This document shows, piece by piece, positions 20,193-30,449 of a DNA stretch of 64,000 nucleotides. Made by a program: the position numbers and the translations under genes. The notes below the pieces were generated by a model. That model was not told where the DNA came from, ran no database searches, and was given only the letters and a program-made list of their open reading frames with translations. This stretch comes from an uncultured Acidobacteriota bacterium. Its GTDB lineage: Bacteria > Acidobacteriota > Thermoanaerobaculia > UBA5066. Position 1 is the stretch's first letter. Each line of letters opens with the position of its first letter. The DNA lies in assembly GCA_963779415.1 (NCBI GenBank), contig CAVZYA010000003.1, positions 160,001 through 224,000 on the forward strand, written 5' to 3'.

Positions 20193-21916
20193 CGGAGAGG
20201 CTCACGGGAGCCGAGCTGGTGGTCCGCGCGATGGTGGACGAGGGGATCTCCCTCGCCTTCGGCATCCCGGGGACGCACAACATCGAACTCTACGACGCGC
20301 TCGCCGCGACCCCCTCCATCCGGGCCATTCTCGTCACGGACGAGCAGAGCGCCTCCTTCATGGCCGACGCCGCCGCCCGCGCGACCGGGCGGATCGCCTG
20401 CGTGAACGTCGTTCCGGGAGCCGGCCTGACGCACGCGATGTCGGGAATCGCGGAGGCGTACCTCGACGGGATCCCGATGCTCGTCCTCGGATGCGGCATC
20501 CGGCGCGACACGGGGAAGGCCTACCAGCTCCACGACGTGGACCAGATCGCCCTCGCCCGCCCCGTGACGAAGGCGCAGCTCCGTCCCGGGAGGGGCGCGG
20601 AGCTGTACGACGTCGTCCGCCGCGCCTGCCGGATCGCGCGCGCCGGCGTCCCCGGCCCCGTCTTCGTCGAGGTGCCGGCCGACCACTACCTTTTCCGGCA
20701 CGACGCGAGCCTCGCGCCTCCGCCCCCCGAGTCGGCGCCGCCGGCGCCGAGCGAGGAGGCCGTCTCGATCGCGGCCGAGCTTCTCCGCAAGGCGAGGCGG
20801 CCGCTTCTCTACCTCGGCCTCGGCGCGGCCGGCGCGGGTGCGGATCTCGTCGCTCTCGCTGAGCGGCTGCAGTCTCCGGTGGCGACGACGTTCCAGGGGA
20901 AAGGGGTCTTCCCCGAGTCCCACCCTCTCTGGCTCTGGCCCGGCTTCGGCGATGCCGCGCCGCCGTTCGTCCGGGCGGCCGCCGCCACCTGCGACGCCAC
21001 CCTCGCCATCGGCTGCCGCTTCGGCGAGGTGGCGACCGGAAGCTACGGGCTCTCGCCCCGCCGGCCGCTGATCCACGTCGACATCGATCCGGCCGTCCCC
21101 GGCCGGAACTTCCCCGCCGATCTCGCCGTCACCGCCGACGCCGCGGCTTTCGTCGCCGCACTTCTTCCGAAGCTGACGCCCCGCACCGCGGACGCGCCGC
21201 TTTGCCGGAATCTCGAGGAAGGGCGGTCCGAAGCCGGACGGGAGATGTCGGTGCCGTCCGACGATCGCGTCGCGCCGCACCTTCTCCTCCGGGCGCTCCA
21301 GGAGGAGTTCGGGCCGGAGACGATCTTCACGAGCGACAGCGGGAACGGCACCTTCCTCGCCGTCGAGGGACTCCGCCTCGACCGCCCCGGCCGGCTCCTC
21401 TCCCCCGTCGACTTCTCCTGCATGGGCTACGCGGTCCCCGCCGCGATCGGCGCGAAGCTGGCCGCCCCGTCCTCGCCCGTCGTCGCCCTCGCCGGCGACG
21501 GCGCGTTCCTGATGACGGGCCTCGAGCTCCTCACCGCCGTCCAGAACGGCTGCGGCGTCGCGGTCTTCATTCTCCGCGACCGCGAGCTGGCGCAGATCGC
21601 CCAGTTCCAGTCGACGGCGCTCGGACGGAAGAGCCAGAGCGCTCTTTCGGACTTCGACCTTCCCGGCCTCGCCCGTGCGCTCGGCGTCGAAGCGCTCAGC
21701 CTCTCGCGTGACGCCGAGATTCCGTCGGTCGTCCGGCGCGCGAAGGAGATCTCCGCCTCCGGGCGCCCCGTCCTCGTCGACGTGGCGATCGACTACTCGT
21801 TCAAGACCTACTTCACCCGCGGCGTCGTGAAGACGAACTTCCTTCGCCTGCCGTGGGGGGACCGGCTCCGCTTCGCCCTGCGGGCCGTCTCCCGGAAGGT
21901 GTTCGGGGCGGGCTGA
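20189..21916 (+). CDS. Thiamine pyrophosphate-dependent enzyme (acetolactate synthase-like)
   Basis: FGIPGTHN, DEQSASFMADA, MGYAVPAAIGAKLA, GDGAFLMTGLEL. Confidence 0.9.
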   Translation: MTERLTGAELVVRAMVDEGISLAFGIPGTHNIELYDALAATPSIRAILVTDEQSASFMADAAARATGRIACVNVVPGAGLTHAMSGIAEAYLDGIPMLVLGCGIRRDTGKAYQLHDVDQIALARPVTKAQLRPGRGAELYDVVRRACRIARAGVPGPVFVEVPADHYLFRHDASLAPPPPESAPPAPSEEAVSIAAELLRKARRPLLYLGLGAAGAGADLVALAERLQSPVATTFQGKGVFPESHPLWLWPGFGDAAPPFVRAAAATCDATLAIGCRFGEVATGSYGLSPRRPLIHVDIDPAVPGRNFPADLAVTADAAAFVAALLPKLTPRTADAPLCRNLEEGRSEAGREMSVPSDDRVAPHLLLRALQEEFGPETIFTSDSGNGTFLAVEGLRLDRPGRLLSPVDFSCMGYAVPAAIGAKLAAPSSPVVALAGDGAFLMTGLELLTAVQNGCGVAVFILRDRELAQIAQFQSTALGRKSQSALSDFDLPGLARALGVEALSLSRDAEIPSVVRRAKEISASGRPVLVDVAIDYSFKTYFTRGVVKTNFLRLPWGDRLRFALRAVSRKVFGAG

Positions 21917-22400
21917 TCGGGCCTCGGCCCCGGCGCCAGCGGCCGCTCCTGCCGCCGCTCTTTTCGACGAGCGCGACCGGGCCGATGACGATCCCCTTGT
22001 CGGCCGCCTTGCACATATCGTAGAGCGCGAGGGCGGCGGCCGAGGCCGCGACGAGGGCCTCCATCTCGAAGCCGGTCTTCCCCGTCCCGCGCACCTCCGT
22101 CCGGATCTCGACGGCGCTCGTCCCTCTCTCCCGCCGGAACGAGACGGAGACGGCGTCGAAAGAGAGCGGGTGGCAGAGCGGGATCCACTCCGCCGTCCGC
22201 TTCGCCGCCTGGATGCCGGCGAGCCGGGCGACGGCGAGCGCGTCCCCCTTCGCGTTCTCCGAGGCGTCCAGGGCGCGGTAGGCCCGCGGCCCGAGCGTCA
22301 CGACGGCGCTCGCCGCGGCCGTGCGGAGCGTCGGCTTCTTCGCCGAAACGTCGACCATCCGCGCCGCGCCGTCAGGCCCGAGATGAGTCAGCCGCTTCAT
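21813..22400 (-). CDS. moaC: Cyclic pyranopterin monophosphate synthase
   Basis: LTHL...GAARMVDVSAK, IPLCHPL, TGFEMEAL, LYDMCKA.DK, EKSGG. Confidence 0.95.
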   Translation of the reverse strand: MKRLTHLGPDGAARMVDVSAKKPTLRTAAASAVVTLGPRAYRALDASENAKGDALAVARLAGIQAAKRTAEWIPLCHPLSFDAVSVSFRRERGTSAVEIRTEVRGTGKTGFEMEALVAASAAALALYDMCKAADKGIVIGPVALVEKSGGRSGRWRRGRGPISPPRTPSGRRPAGRSGAGPPTAGEGSSSSRRRG

Positions 22401-22977
22401 GCTCGAGCCGCTCGTACTCCTCGTTCGTGTTGACGTTGAAGAACGAGGTCCGGTCTCCCCCCGGCATCTGCGCCGTATCTTCCTCCGGGATCAGGACGGC
22501 GCCGAGCGGCTGCAGCGCCGCCTGAAGGGAGTAGTCCCCCGCGGCGAGGCGGCCGAGGAGCGGAACGAGGGCGCTCTTCCGCCAGACGGCGCAGAGCGTC
22601 TGCGGGACGCCGTCCGCGACCGGGACGACGGCCGGGGCCTGGATCGCTTCCGCCACGTCGAGGAGGGCGGCGAGGAACTCCTCCGGACAGCGCGGGATGT
22701 CGGCCGCGAGAATCAGGTTCGTCTCCTCGGGGCTCCAGGCGAGCGCGGCCGCGACGCCGAAGGCGGCGGCCTGCGGCTCGGCCCCGTCCGGGACGAACGG
22801 GTAGGGCGCCCCCTCGAACGGCGCGGGGTCCTTCCCGACGAACGCGGCCCGCCCGCAGACGAGCGAGAGCTTCTCCGCCTGCCAGACCGCCATCGGGCGG
22901 CCCCGGTACGGGAGGATGGTCTTGTCGCGCCCCATACGTCCCGAACGGCCGCCGACGAGGACGAATCCGAACGCCAT
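22372..22977 (-). CDS. mobA: Molybdenum cofactor guanylyltransferase
   Basis: VLVGGRSGRMGRDK at the N-terminus, FFNVNT.EE at the C-terminus. Confidence 0.85.
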   Translation of the reverse strand: MAFGFVLVGGRSGRMGRDKTILPYRGRPMAVWQAEKLSLVCGRAAFVGKDPAPFEGAPYPFVPDGAEPQAAAFGVAAALAWSPEETNLILAADIPRCPEEFLAALLDVAEAIQAPAVVPVADGVPQTLCAVWRKSALVPLLGRLAAGDYSLQAALQPLGAVLIPEEDTAQMPGGDRTSFFNVNTNEEYERLEHEAADSSRA

Positions 22978-23036
22978 CTCTGGCAGAATGCTACTACCGT
23001 CGTGATTTCGCCCGTTCTCGCCGCCAGCGGGTCGCC

Positions 23037-24568
23037 ATGAGTCCGCCGTCGCGACCATTGCGCGACTTCGACCGGTTCTGGCTTGCGCTTCTCGCCCTTG
23101 CGACGGTCCTCGCCGCCGCCCTCCGCCTTTCCGGCCTCTCGCAGGAGTCGCTGTGGGCAGACGAGGCGCACAGCGTCGCCGTCGCCGGCTACGCCGGATT
23201 TCCGCCCGATCTGCGCCATCTCGATCCCGGTCCTCACCCGACGCTCTTCTTTCGCCTCCTGGGCGTCTGGCTCCAGATGGTCCCTGCGGACGAGGGATGG
23301 CTGCGCCTCCTTCCCGCCCTCTGCGGCATCCTCGCGGTCCCTGCGCTCTACGCCTTCGGACGAGCTCTCCTCCTCCCCCGTCCGGCGTCCGTCCTCGGAG
23401 CTTTCCTCCTCGCGCTCGATCCGCACTCCGTCTGGTACTCGCAGGAGCTTCGGATGTACTCCCTCGAGGGCCTCCTCGGGCTGCTTCATCTCGCGGCCGG
23501 CGCGCGCCTGGCCCGCTGTCGCCGAAGGGATGCGGCACTGCCGTGGGCCGCATGGCTGCTGACCGCTTTCGCACTTCTTCAAACGCACTACTTCGCCGTC
23601 TTCTATTTCGCCGTCGACGCCGTTGGATTCGTCGCCGTTTTTCGTCGCGTCCTGCGGGCTCACCCCGGGGCGCTCCGGCGCACCGCCGCACGGGGTACGC
23701 TCCTGGGCCTCCGCGGTGCGGCGGCGCTCGCGGGAGCGTCGGCTCTTCTCGGGCTCGCCGCGGGTCTCCCCACGCTCCTTGGGCTCCTCGACCGCGTTCG
23801 TTCCGGCGAGGGAATCGACTGGCTTGGCCGCCTCTACCAGATCACGTGGAGAACCCCGTGGCAGATACTCGATGGGCTGGTGGCCGGGCCCCAGATCCGG
23901 GGAGCCCCGGATGCGCTCCGCGCCGCGGCGGTAGCCGCCTTCGTTCTTCTCGTCGGCGCCGCGGCCTGCCGCTCTCCCGGATCGGTCGCGCGCTTCCTCA
24001 CGCCCGTTCGCGCCCGCCGGCTCTGGCCGGCGACCGTCGCCTTCCTGCTCATCGGGCTTCCGACCCTCGCTCTCTCTACAGGGTCGTCATCCTCGGCGGG
24101 GACCGGTACCTCGAGATCGCCGTGGGGCCTCTTGCGCTCGCGGCCGGGACCGGCGCGTATGTCGCGGCCCGACGCGGTTGGCCCACGCGGGTATTCGTCG
24201 TCGCGGCGATCGGCCTCGTCGTCGCGGCGCAGGCCGGCTATCTCTCGACCTACTTTTCCGGACGGGAGAAGCGGATGTTCCGCGAGGCCGTCGGCGTCAT
24301 GACCGCCGAGTCGAGGCCGGGAGACGCATTTCTCACCAGCCTCCTCGCGGAGCGCCTTCCCGTCGAGTTCTACGCGCGAGGCCGCGTCTCCTTCGCGGGC
24401 ACTTCGCCTCCCTCGTCCGGTCGGCTCTGGTTTTTCTCCGAGAGCCCCACGCCGACACCTGCCGAAGCGCGGCTCATCGGAAAGGGCTTCCGGGCAGACG
24501 CGTCGTGGGATATCGGGACATCCTGGTCCTTGACGTCTCTCCGCCTCACCCGCTACGTGAGCCGCTGA
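23037..24568 (+). CDS. GT-C (PMT_2 / ArnT-like) membrane glycosyltransferase, frameshift near 24075
   Basis: LRL.GL..ESLWADEA, HPTLFF.LL..W, VWYSQELRMYSL, THYF. Confidence 0.8.
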
Positions 24569-24583
24569 AGCGGGCGTTCTTCC

Positions 24584-25786
24584 TCAGACCAGCTTCAGAA
24601 GATGGCCCATCTTCGTCTTCTTGGTCGAGAGGTAGTCGCGCGTCTGGGCGGTCGGCGGAATCTCGAGAGGGATCCGTTCCACGATCTCGAGTCCGTAGCC
24701 GTCGATCGCGACGTACTTCGACGGATTGTTCGTCATCAGCTTCATCCGCTTCACCCCGAGATCGCGGAGGATCTGGCAGCCGATGCCGTAGTCGCGCACG
24801 TCCGGCGCGAAGCCGAGCTTCTCGTTCGCGGCGACCGTGTCGAGCCCCTGCTCCTGCAGCTCATACGCCAGGAGCTTGTTGAACAGGCCGATGCCCCGCC
24901 CCTCCTGAAGGAGATAGAGAAGGACGCCGCGCCCCTCGGCCGCGATCGTCTCGAGCGCCTTCTCGAGCTGCTTTCCGCAGTCGCAGCGCGCCGAGCCGAA
25001 GACGTCACCCGTCAGGCAGGAGGAGTGGACGCGGACGAGGACCGGGTCGTTCTCCGTCCAGGTTCCCGCCACGAGGGCGAGGTGCTCTTCGTGCGTCACG
25101 TCGGAACGGTAGGCGACCGCCGTGAAATCGCCGAAGCGCGTCGGAAGGTGCGGCGCGGCGACGCGCGTGACGAGCCGCTCGGTCCGCATCCGGTGCCGGA
25201 TCAGCTCGGCCACGGAGACGATCGGGATGCCGTGCGCCTCCGAGAAGCGGAGGAGGTCCGGGACGCGGGCCATCGTCCCGTCCGGGTTCATGATCTCGCA
25301 GATGACGGCCGCGGGAGTCAGGCCCGCGATCCGGGCGAGGTCGACGGACGCTTCCGTCTGGCCGGCTCTCTTCAGGACTCCGCCGCGGCGCGCACGAAGC
25401 GGGAACGTATGCCCCGGGCGGAGGAGGTCGGACGGCTTCGTCTTCGGGTCGATCAGGGTCCGGACGGTCGCGGCCCTGTCGGCCGCCGAGATCCCGGTCG
25501 TCGTCTTGCCGCGCGCCTCGACCGAGACGGTGAACGCCGTCCCGTAGTTCGAGGTGTTCTGCTCCACCATCGGGTGGAGGTCCAGCTCGTCACAGCGCTC
25601 CTCGGTCAGGGAGACGCAGACGAGGCCGCGCCCCTCCTTCGCCATGAAGTTGATCGACTCGGCCGTCACGAATTCGGCGCCGACGCAGAGGTCCCCCTCG
25701 TTCTCGCGGTCCTCGTCGTCGACGATGATGACGAACCGGCCACGAGCGTAGACGGCAGCGGCCTCGGAGACGGAAACGAAGCTCAC
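24584..25786 (-). CDS. ribBA: Bifunctional DHBP synthase / GTP cyclohydrolase II
   Basis: [43 protein letters not shown]. Confidence 0.97.
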   Translation of the reverse strand: MSFVSVSEAAAVYARGRFVIIVDDEDRENEGDLCVGAEFVTAESINFMAKEGRGLVCVSLTEERCDELDLHPMVEQNTSNYGTAFTVSVEARGKTTTGISAADRAATVRTLIDPKTKPSDLLRPGHTFPLRARRGGVLKRAGQTEASVDLARIAGLTPAAVICEIMNPDGTMARVPDLLRFSEAHGIPIVSVAELIRHRMRTERLVTRVAAPHLPTRFGDFTAVAYRSDVTHEEHLALVAGTWTENDPVLVRVHSSCLTGDVFGSARCDCGKQLEKALETIAAEGRGVLLYLLQEGRGIGLFNKLLAYELQEQGLDTVAANEKLGFAPDVRDYGIGCQILRDLGVKRMKLMTNNPSKYVAIDGYGLEIVERIPLEIPPTAQTRDYLSTKKTKMGHLLKLV

Positions 25787-25827
25787 GGGTTCTCCTCTCC
25801 GGCGAGCACCGGTGCGCCCGCGGGGCG

Positions 25828-27198
25828 CTAATTGTAGCGGGAGGTCGGGCCGCCGGCCGGCGCGGTCCCCTCGGGGCGTCCGGAGCGCCCCGCGGGCGGA
25901 GCGAGGACCGAACGCTTTCCGACCTCGCGGAGGAGAGTCTTCAGGAAGACCTCGAACTGCGCCGCGGCGGGAAGGAACGCCCGCGGTTGCCTCTCGCGCG
26001 AGAAGCCGGCGAGAAATCGTTCCACGAGCGACCAGTCCTTGAACATCAGGTGCCGCATCGAGCCACGGCGGAAGGCCTCCAGCGCGGCGACGAGAGTCAG
26101 GAGACCCTTCCTGTCCGGCGCGCTGCGGAAGAACTGCGTCGTCCGGACGAGCTGGGCGAGGTCGTCGCGCAGCCGCTGGCTCTGCTCGCGGCGCGTCCGG
26201 TAGTCGGGGAAGAGGGCCCGTCCGTCCACCTCGGAGGAAAAGGTCTCCGCAAGCGAAATCACGGACTGCTGGTAGAGGTCGCCGAGGAGCCCCGCCGCGT
26301 CCTCGAGGCGGGTCAGGACGAGCCCCGGGTCCCGCATGACGGCCACGTCGACCAGCTCGACCTCCATGACCTTGCGAACCTCCTGCTCCTGCGCGTGGAG
26401 GATCCGCTCGAGCCCTTCGGCGATCGGCGACTCCGCCGGAAACCTGGATCGCAGCCGGCTCCGGAGGTAGTCGCAGAAGGCGTCACTCTCGCCCCGGAGG
26501 AGGCTGAAGACGAGAAGGGCTCTCTTCCGCGAGGCCGGAGAGCCGATCGTGGCGCGGGCCATCTCGACGTAGCGAAGCTCCTTGAAGAGCTGGACGAAGA
26601 GGGTCGCGAGCGTCCCCTTGTGCGCCGGCTCGATGAGGGTCGAGAGGACCCGCTGGAGGGACTGCTTCGACGTCCGGTCGAGGACCGGCCTCAGGTTCTC
26701 GTTGAAGAGGACGCCGAGGTTCGGATCCTGCTTCAGCGTTCCGATGACGATCCGCCCGAGCGAGAGATAGGTCTGGAGCGGGAGGAACGACGCCTTCGCG
26801 AGCTCGTCGAGGACCTTGGAGAAGTCGTCCAGCTTTTCGACGACGAGCGCCAGCTCGGCCTCGGCTCCGGTTCGCCGCCGCGCCGACGGGGCCGAGGAGG
26901 GAATGCGCCCCACCTGCCCGTCGAGATAGAGGAGGAACGACGCGAGATCCTCCTTCCCCTCGCCGAGGAGGTGCGTCGTGAGCATCGCCATGTGGTTCAC
27001 CCCCGTCCGGATGACCCCCACTTCCTCGACGAAGTTCTTGAGCGAGGCGTGCGACCGCTCGAAGGGCGAGAGCGGCAGGTACTCCACCTGGAAGAACCGC
27101 TCCATCCCCTTCAGCCACATCTCCATCTCGAACAGGTAGTCGTATTTCATCCTGTTCGAAAACAGCGAGGACGTCTCGAGGACCGTGAACCGCGGCAT
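25828..27198 (-). CDS. Hypothetical 456-aa soluble, helical-looking protein
   Basis: Long ORF with protein-like composition (Leu/Glu/Arg/Phe rich) filling the gap between neighbours; TAGACT 10 nt upstream; no motif recognised. Confidence 0.7.
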   Translation of the reverse strand: MPRFTVLETSSLFSNRMKYDYLFEMEMWLKGMERFFQVEYLPLSPFERSHASLKNFVEEVGVIRTGVNHMAMLTTHLLGEGKEDLASFLLYLDGQVGRIPSSAPSARRRTGAEAELALVVEKLDDFSKVLDELAKASFLPLQTYLSLGRIVIGTLKQDPNLGVLFNENLRPVLDRTSKQSLQRVLSTLIEPAHKGTLATLFVQLFKELRYVEMARATIGSPASRKRALLVFSLLRGESDAFCDYLRSRLRSRFPAESPIAEGLERILHAQEQEVRKVMEVELVDVAVMRDPGLVLTRLEDAAGLLGDLYQQSVISLAETFSSEVDGRALFPDYRTRREQSQRLRDDLAQLVRTTQFFRSAPDRKGLLTLVAALEAFRRGSMRHLMFKDWSLVERFLAGFSRERQPRAFLPAAAQFEVFLKTLLREVGKRSVLAPPAGRSGRPEGTAPAGGPTSRYN

Positions 27199-27278
27199 CG
27201 GTGTCTCTAGTCTATGCCCTCTGGGTCAGGGATCCCGACTGCCGCTTCCGGAACGCAGGTCGGCAGGCAGCGCGCCCG

Positions 27279-27500
27279 TCAGGCCGACTTTCGGTGGATC
27301 CGCTGGTACGCCGGCGACGCCGCCTGAATGCGGTGCATGGCTTCGCGCGGGTAGACGCGCTCGCCACACGTCGGACACGCGAAAAACCGGAGCTTCGGAA
27401 CGGCGTATCGCTGGCCCTTGAAATCACCCTTCCAGTTCTCGACGACCTCCCGGATCGCGGCACTGCCGCACGTCGGGCAGACGCGGATCGAGCAGTCCGC
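27279..27500 (-). CDS. YgiT-type (MqsA-like) zinc finger protein; start unclear
   Basis: CPTCGS...VPKLRFFACPTCGERVY. Confidence 0.7.
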   Translation of the reverse strand, partial: ADCSIRVCPTCGSAAIREVVENWKGDFKGQRYAVPKLRFFACPTCGERVYPREAMHRIQAASPAYQRIHRKSA

Positions 27501-27511
27501 CCGAAACCACG

Positions 27512-27596
27512 CTAGAACGCGCGCTTCGACGAGATGAGGAAGTAGAAGTGATCTTCGCCATGAGCCTTGCTTGATGCGGACGAGGATGTCCGACAC
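27512..27596 (-). pseudogene. Remnant of a small toxin-like gene (N- and C-termini only)
   Basis: TATGCT box then GTG MSDILVRIK joined out of frame to KAHGEDHFYFLISSKRAF-stop, directly upstream of the YgiT finger. Confidence 0.45.
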
Positions 27597-27635
27597 GCGA
27601 GAAGCATACCTTCCTCGAATCCGGACCGGCCGGCC

Positions 27636-30449
27636 CTAAAACGCGTAGCCGACGCTGAAGTTGAAGACGCCGAGCGTCTCGAACGGCTTCTTGTCGAGCT
27701 TCATGCCGTAGTCGATCCGGACGGGGCCGACCGGCGTCATGTAATAGAGCCCGACCCCGGCGCCAGGACGGATCTCGCCGAGATTCACCTTTCGCCAGTC
27801 GTCCCAGGTGTTTCCGTCGTCGAAGAAGAAGGCGGCTCCGAGGCCCCCGGTCAGCCGCTGTCGCCATTCCACGTTAAAGAGGAGAAGGCCGTTGCCGCCG
27901 TAGCCGACGAGATCCGTGTTCACGGTCTGGCCGATGATTCCGAGGGCATCCTGGCCGAAGGCGCGGTGCGACGTCCGTCCGCCGGCGAAGAGCCGCTCGG
28001 GGATCGGCACCATCAGGTTCGGCTTGCAGTCCGGGTTCGGTCCGATGATGTCGCAGGGGCCGAATGGCTGGATGGCGCCGTAGCGGACGGCGACCACGAG
28101 GACGGAGTCGGGAGAAAAGGAGTGGTAGCCGGACGCGAGAAGAGAGCCGCGAATGAAATGTGCCGTCGCGGCGAGGAGGGGAAAGGCGTACTTCATCTCG
28201 CCGCTGACGAGGAATCCCTTCGTCGGCGAGACCGGATCGTCTCGCGTGTCCCAGGAGAGGGCCGGCCCGACGGAGGCGATCAGGTTCTTCTGGTTCGGCA
28301 GCTGGTCGGGGCCGAGGCCGGGATCTTGCGACGGGATGACGATCTCGTACTGGAGGCGAAGGAGCGCCCGGACGGTTCGGCTCACTTTCTTCGACGTGTC
28401 GAAGTAGACGCCGCCCCTCTTGACGGAATAGCCCGTCTGGTAGTCCTGGCCCGCGAAGACCGAGACCGAGAGGGGATACCCGCTGTCCAGAAGGGAGGGC
28501 TCCCGATAGAAGAGTCGGAAGCGGTTCTGCCGGCGCGAGACGAGGAGGTCGCTGCCGGCCGCGATCGCGCGGCCGAACAGATTGTTGTACGTGGCTCCGA
28601 GCGAAACGCGGGGGGAGAACTTCGGCTCGGACGCCGAGGAGTAGTCGGCGCCGAAGCCGTAGAGGAGGCTCCACGGCTTTCCCTCGGTCACAGCGAGGAC
28701 GACCGGCCGCTCGGCGGTGTCGGGGTCGGCGGGGAGCACCTGCACGTCGGCCCGCGAGAAGACCCCGAGGGAGGCGAGCTTCCGCTGCATCTCGAGCGCC
28801 CGCGTCAGGCTGAAAGGCTGGCCTTCCAGGCTCCCGATCTCGCGCTCGATGACGGAGAGCTTCGTCTTCCGGTACCCGCGGACGATGGTCTTCCCGAAGG
28901 TGACGGGCTCTCCCTCGAAGATCGTGAATGTGACGTCTACGTCCGTCGACGACGAATCCGCACCCGGGCGGGGCTTCGCGGTCGCGTCGACACGGGCGTC
29001 GGGAAACCCCTTTTCCTGGTAGCGACCGCCGAGCGTCGCCACGTCGGCGTTCAGTCCCTCGTCCGTGAACGGGCGCCCCGTCTCCGTCACGAGGCCCACC
29101 CGGAGCTCCGCGTCCGTGAGGCGCGAATTCCCGGTGAAAGAGCGCGACGCGACGGTATAGCGGCTCCCGTCCGTGAGGCGGAAGTCGACGTCGAGCGTGA
29201 ACGGGCGGCGGCCGGGAGTGACGAGAGGTGGCGGGACCTTCGCATCGCGGAAGCCCTTCGCCTGGTAGAGGGAGAGGATCGCTCCGGAGTCCGCAACGAG
29301 ATCCCCCTCCACGAGCCGGCCCAGCGTGAAGAGGCCCGGTTTCGAGGTCGAAACGACGGAGCGGGCGGCGCGCGAGGAGATCTCCTTCGTCCCTTCGACC
29401 ACGACCTTTCCGACGACGTACCGGTCCCCTTTCGTCACGGCGAAAGTGATGACCTCCTCGTCCGGGGCCGTCACGTGCGAGACCTCCACCGCCGCCTTCG
29501 CGTACCCTTTCTGCTGATATTTCTGGACGAGACGGCCACGAAATCTCTCCACCGTCTCCTCGTCCGGAGGGTCGAGCCGGGCCCAGGGGGAGTCGCGGTT
29601 CTTTCTCACGTCCGATTCCGGCGCCCCGGTCACGCGAAGAACGATCCGGGGCCCGACGAAGACGTGGTAGCGGGGAGTCGCGCGCTTCGCGGACGGGTCG
29701 TAGGTCACTCCTTCCCAACGGACCTCGGCGCGCCCGTACCCCTTCTCGCGGAGATACTTCTCGAATCGCTCGGCGTCCGAGCGCGCGCGCGCCTCCCGGT
29801 AGGCTTTCCCGCTCTTCTGCCGGGCTTCCTTGGCGAGCGGCTCCTCCTTGACCGGGCCGAGACTTCCGTCCCACTCCGGCCGGCCGGCGACCGCCTCCGG
29901 CCCCTTTTCGACCTGGATGACGACATCGACCGTGTTCGCCCCGGGGTCGCCCCAGGCAGAGACGTCGACCCGGGGCTCGAAGTAGCCCCGGGCACGGAGA
30001 TGCTCCCGGACGATTCCCTCGAGAGGGTCGAGGGCATCGGGCGCCCAGAGGTCGCCGGCCTGAAGAGCGAGCGAATCCCGGAGCTTCCCTTTCTCCGGAA
30101 TCCCCTTTCCCTCGAGTCTGAACGACGCGATCCGGGGAACCGCCGCGAACCGGATGACGACCTCCAGGCCTCCCGGGCCGGGCGAGGCCTCCACGCAGAG
30201 GTCGAGGAACCGACGCGTCGCGAAGAGGTTGCGGATAGACCGCCGGATCGCCCCCTCGCTGAGGGTCCGGCCGGGCGAAAGCTCGGTCAGACGGGACCAG
30301 CTCTTCGTCTCCGGAGCGGCATCCCCTTCGAACCTGAGGGTCGCGATCCGCCCGTCCATCAAGCCGGCCGGAGGCGCCGTGGCCGCGGACGGAGGGCCGA
30401 CCGCGAGAACGAGGGCGAGCGCCGCGAGGAAAGCGACGACTCGCCTCAC
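27636..30449 (-). CDS. Omp85 family BamA/TamA-like outer-membrane protein with POTRA domains
   Basis: Signal peptide, POTRA-like repeats, DTRDDPVSPTKG, RLFAGG..SHRAF, TPVGPVRIDYG, terminal GYAF. Confidence 0.9.
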   Translation of the reverse strand: MRRVVAFLAALALVLAVGPPSAATAPPAGLMDGRIATLRFEGDAAPETKSWSRLTELSPGRTLSEGAIRRSIRNLFATRRFLDLCVEASPGPGGLEVVIRFAAVPRIASFRLEGKGIPEKGKLRDSLALQAGDLWAPDALDPLEGIVREHLRARGYFEPRVDVSAWGDPGANTVDVVIQVEKGPEAVAGRPEWDGSLGPVKEEPLAKEARQKSGKAYREARARSDAERFEKYLREKGYGRAEVRWEGVTYDPSAKRATPRYHVFVGPRIVLRVTGAPESDVRKNRDSPWARLDPPDEETVERFRGRLVQKYQQKGYAKAAVEVSHVTAPDEEVITFAVTKGDRYVVGKVVVEGTKEISSRAARSVVSTSKPGLFTLGRLVEGDLVADSGAILSLYQAKGFRDAKVPPPLVTPGRRPFTLDVDFRLTDGSRYTVASRSFTGNSRLTDAELRVGLVTETGRPFTDEGLNADVATLGGRYQEKGFPDARVDATAKPRPGADSSSTDVDVTFTIFEGEPVTFGKTIVRGYRKTKLSVIEREIGSLEGQPFSLTRALEMQRKLASLGVFSRADVQVLPADPDTAERPVVLAVTEGKPWSLLYGFGADYSSASEPKFSPRVSLGATYNNLFGRAIAAGSDLLVSRRQNRFRLFYREPSLLDSGYPLSVSVFAGQDYQTGYSVKRGGVYFDTSKKVSRTVRALLRLQYEIVIPSQDPGLGPDQLPNQKNLIASVGPALSWDTRDDPVSPTKGFLVSGEMKYAFPLLAATAHFIRGSLLASGYHSFSPDSVLVVAVRYGAIQPFGPCDIIGPNPDCKPNLMVPIPERLFAGGRTSHRAFGQDALGIIGQTVNTDLVGYGGNGLLLFNVEWRQRLTGGLGAAFFFDDGNTWDDWRKVNLGEIRPGAGVGLYYMTPVGPVRIDYGMKLDKKPFETLGVFNFSVGYAF

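Noticed and set aside
24584-25830. FMN riboswitch upstream of ribBA
   Set aside because: Only about 40 bp of intergenic space, holding a Shine-Dalgarno with a TACAAT box just upstream; no RFN motif seen
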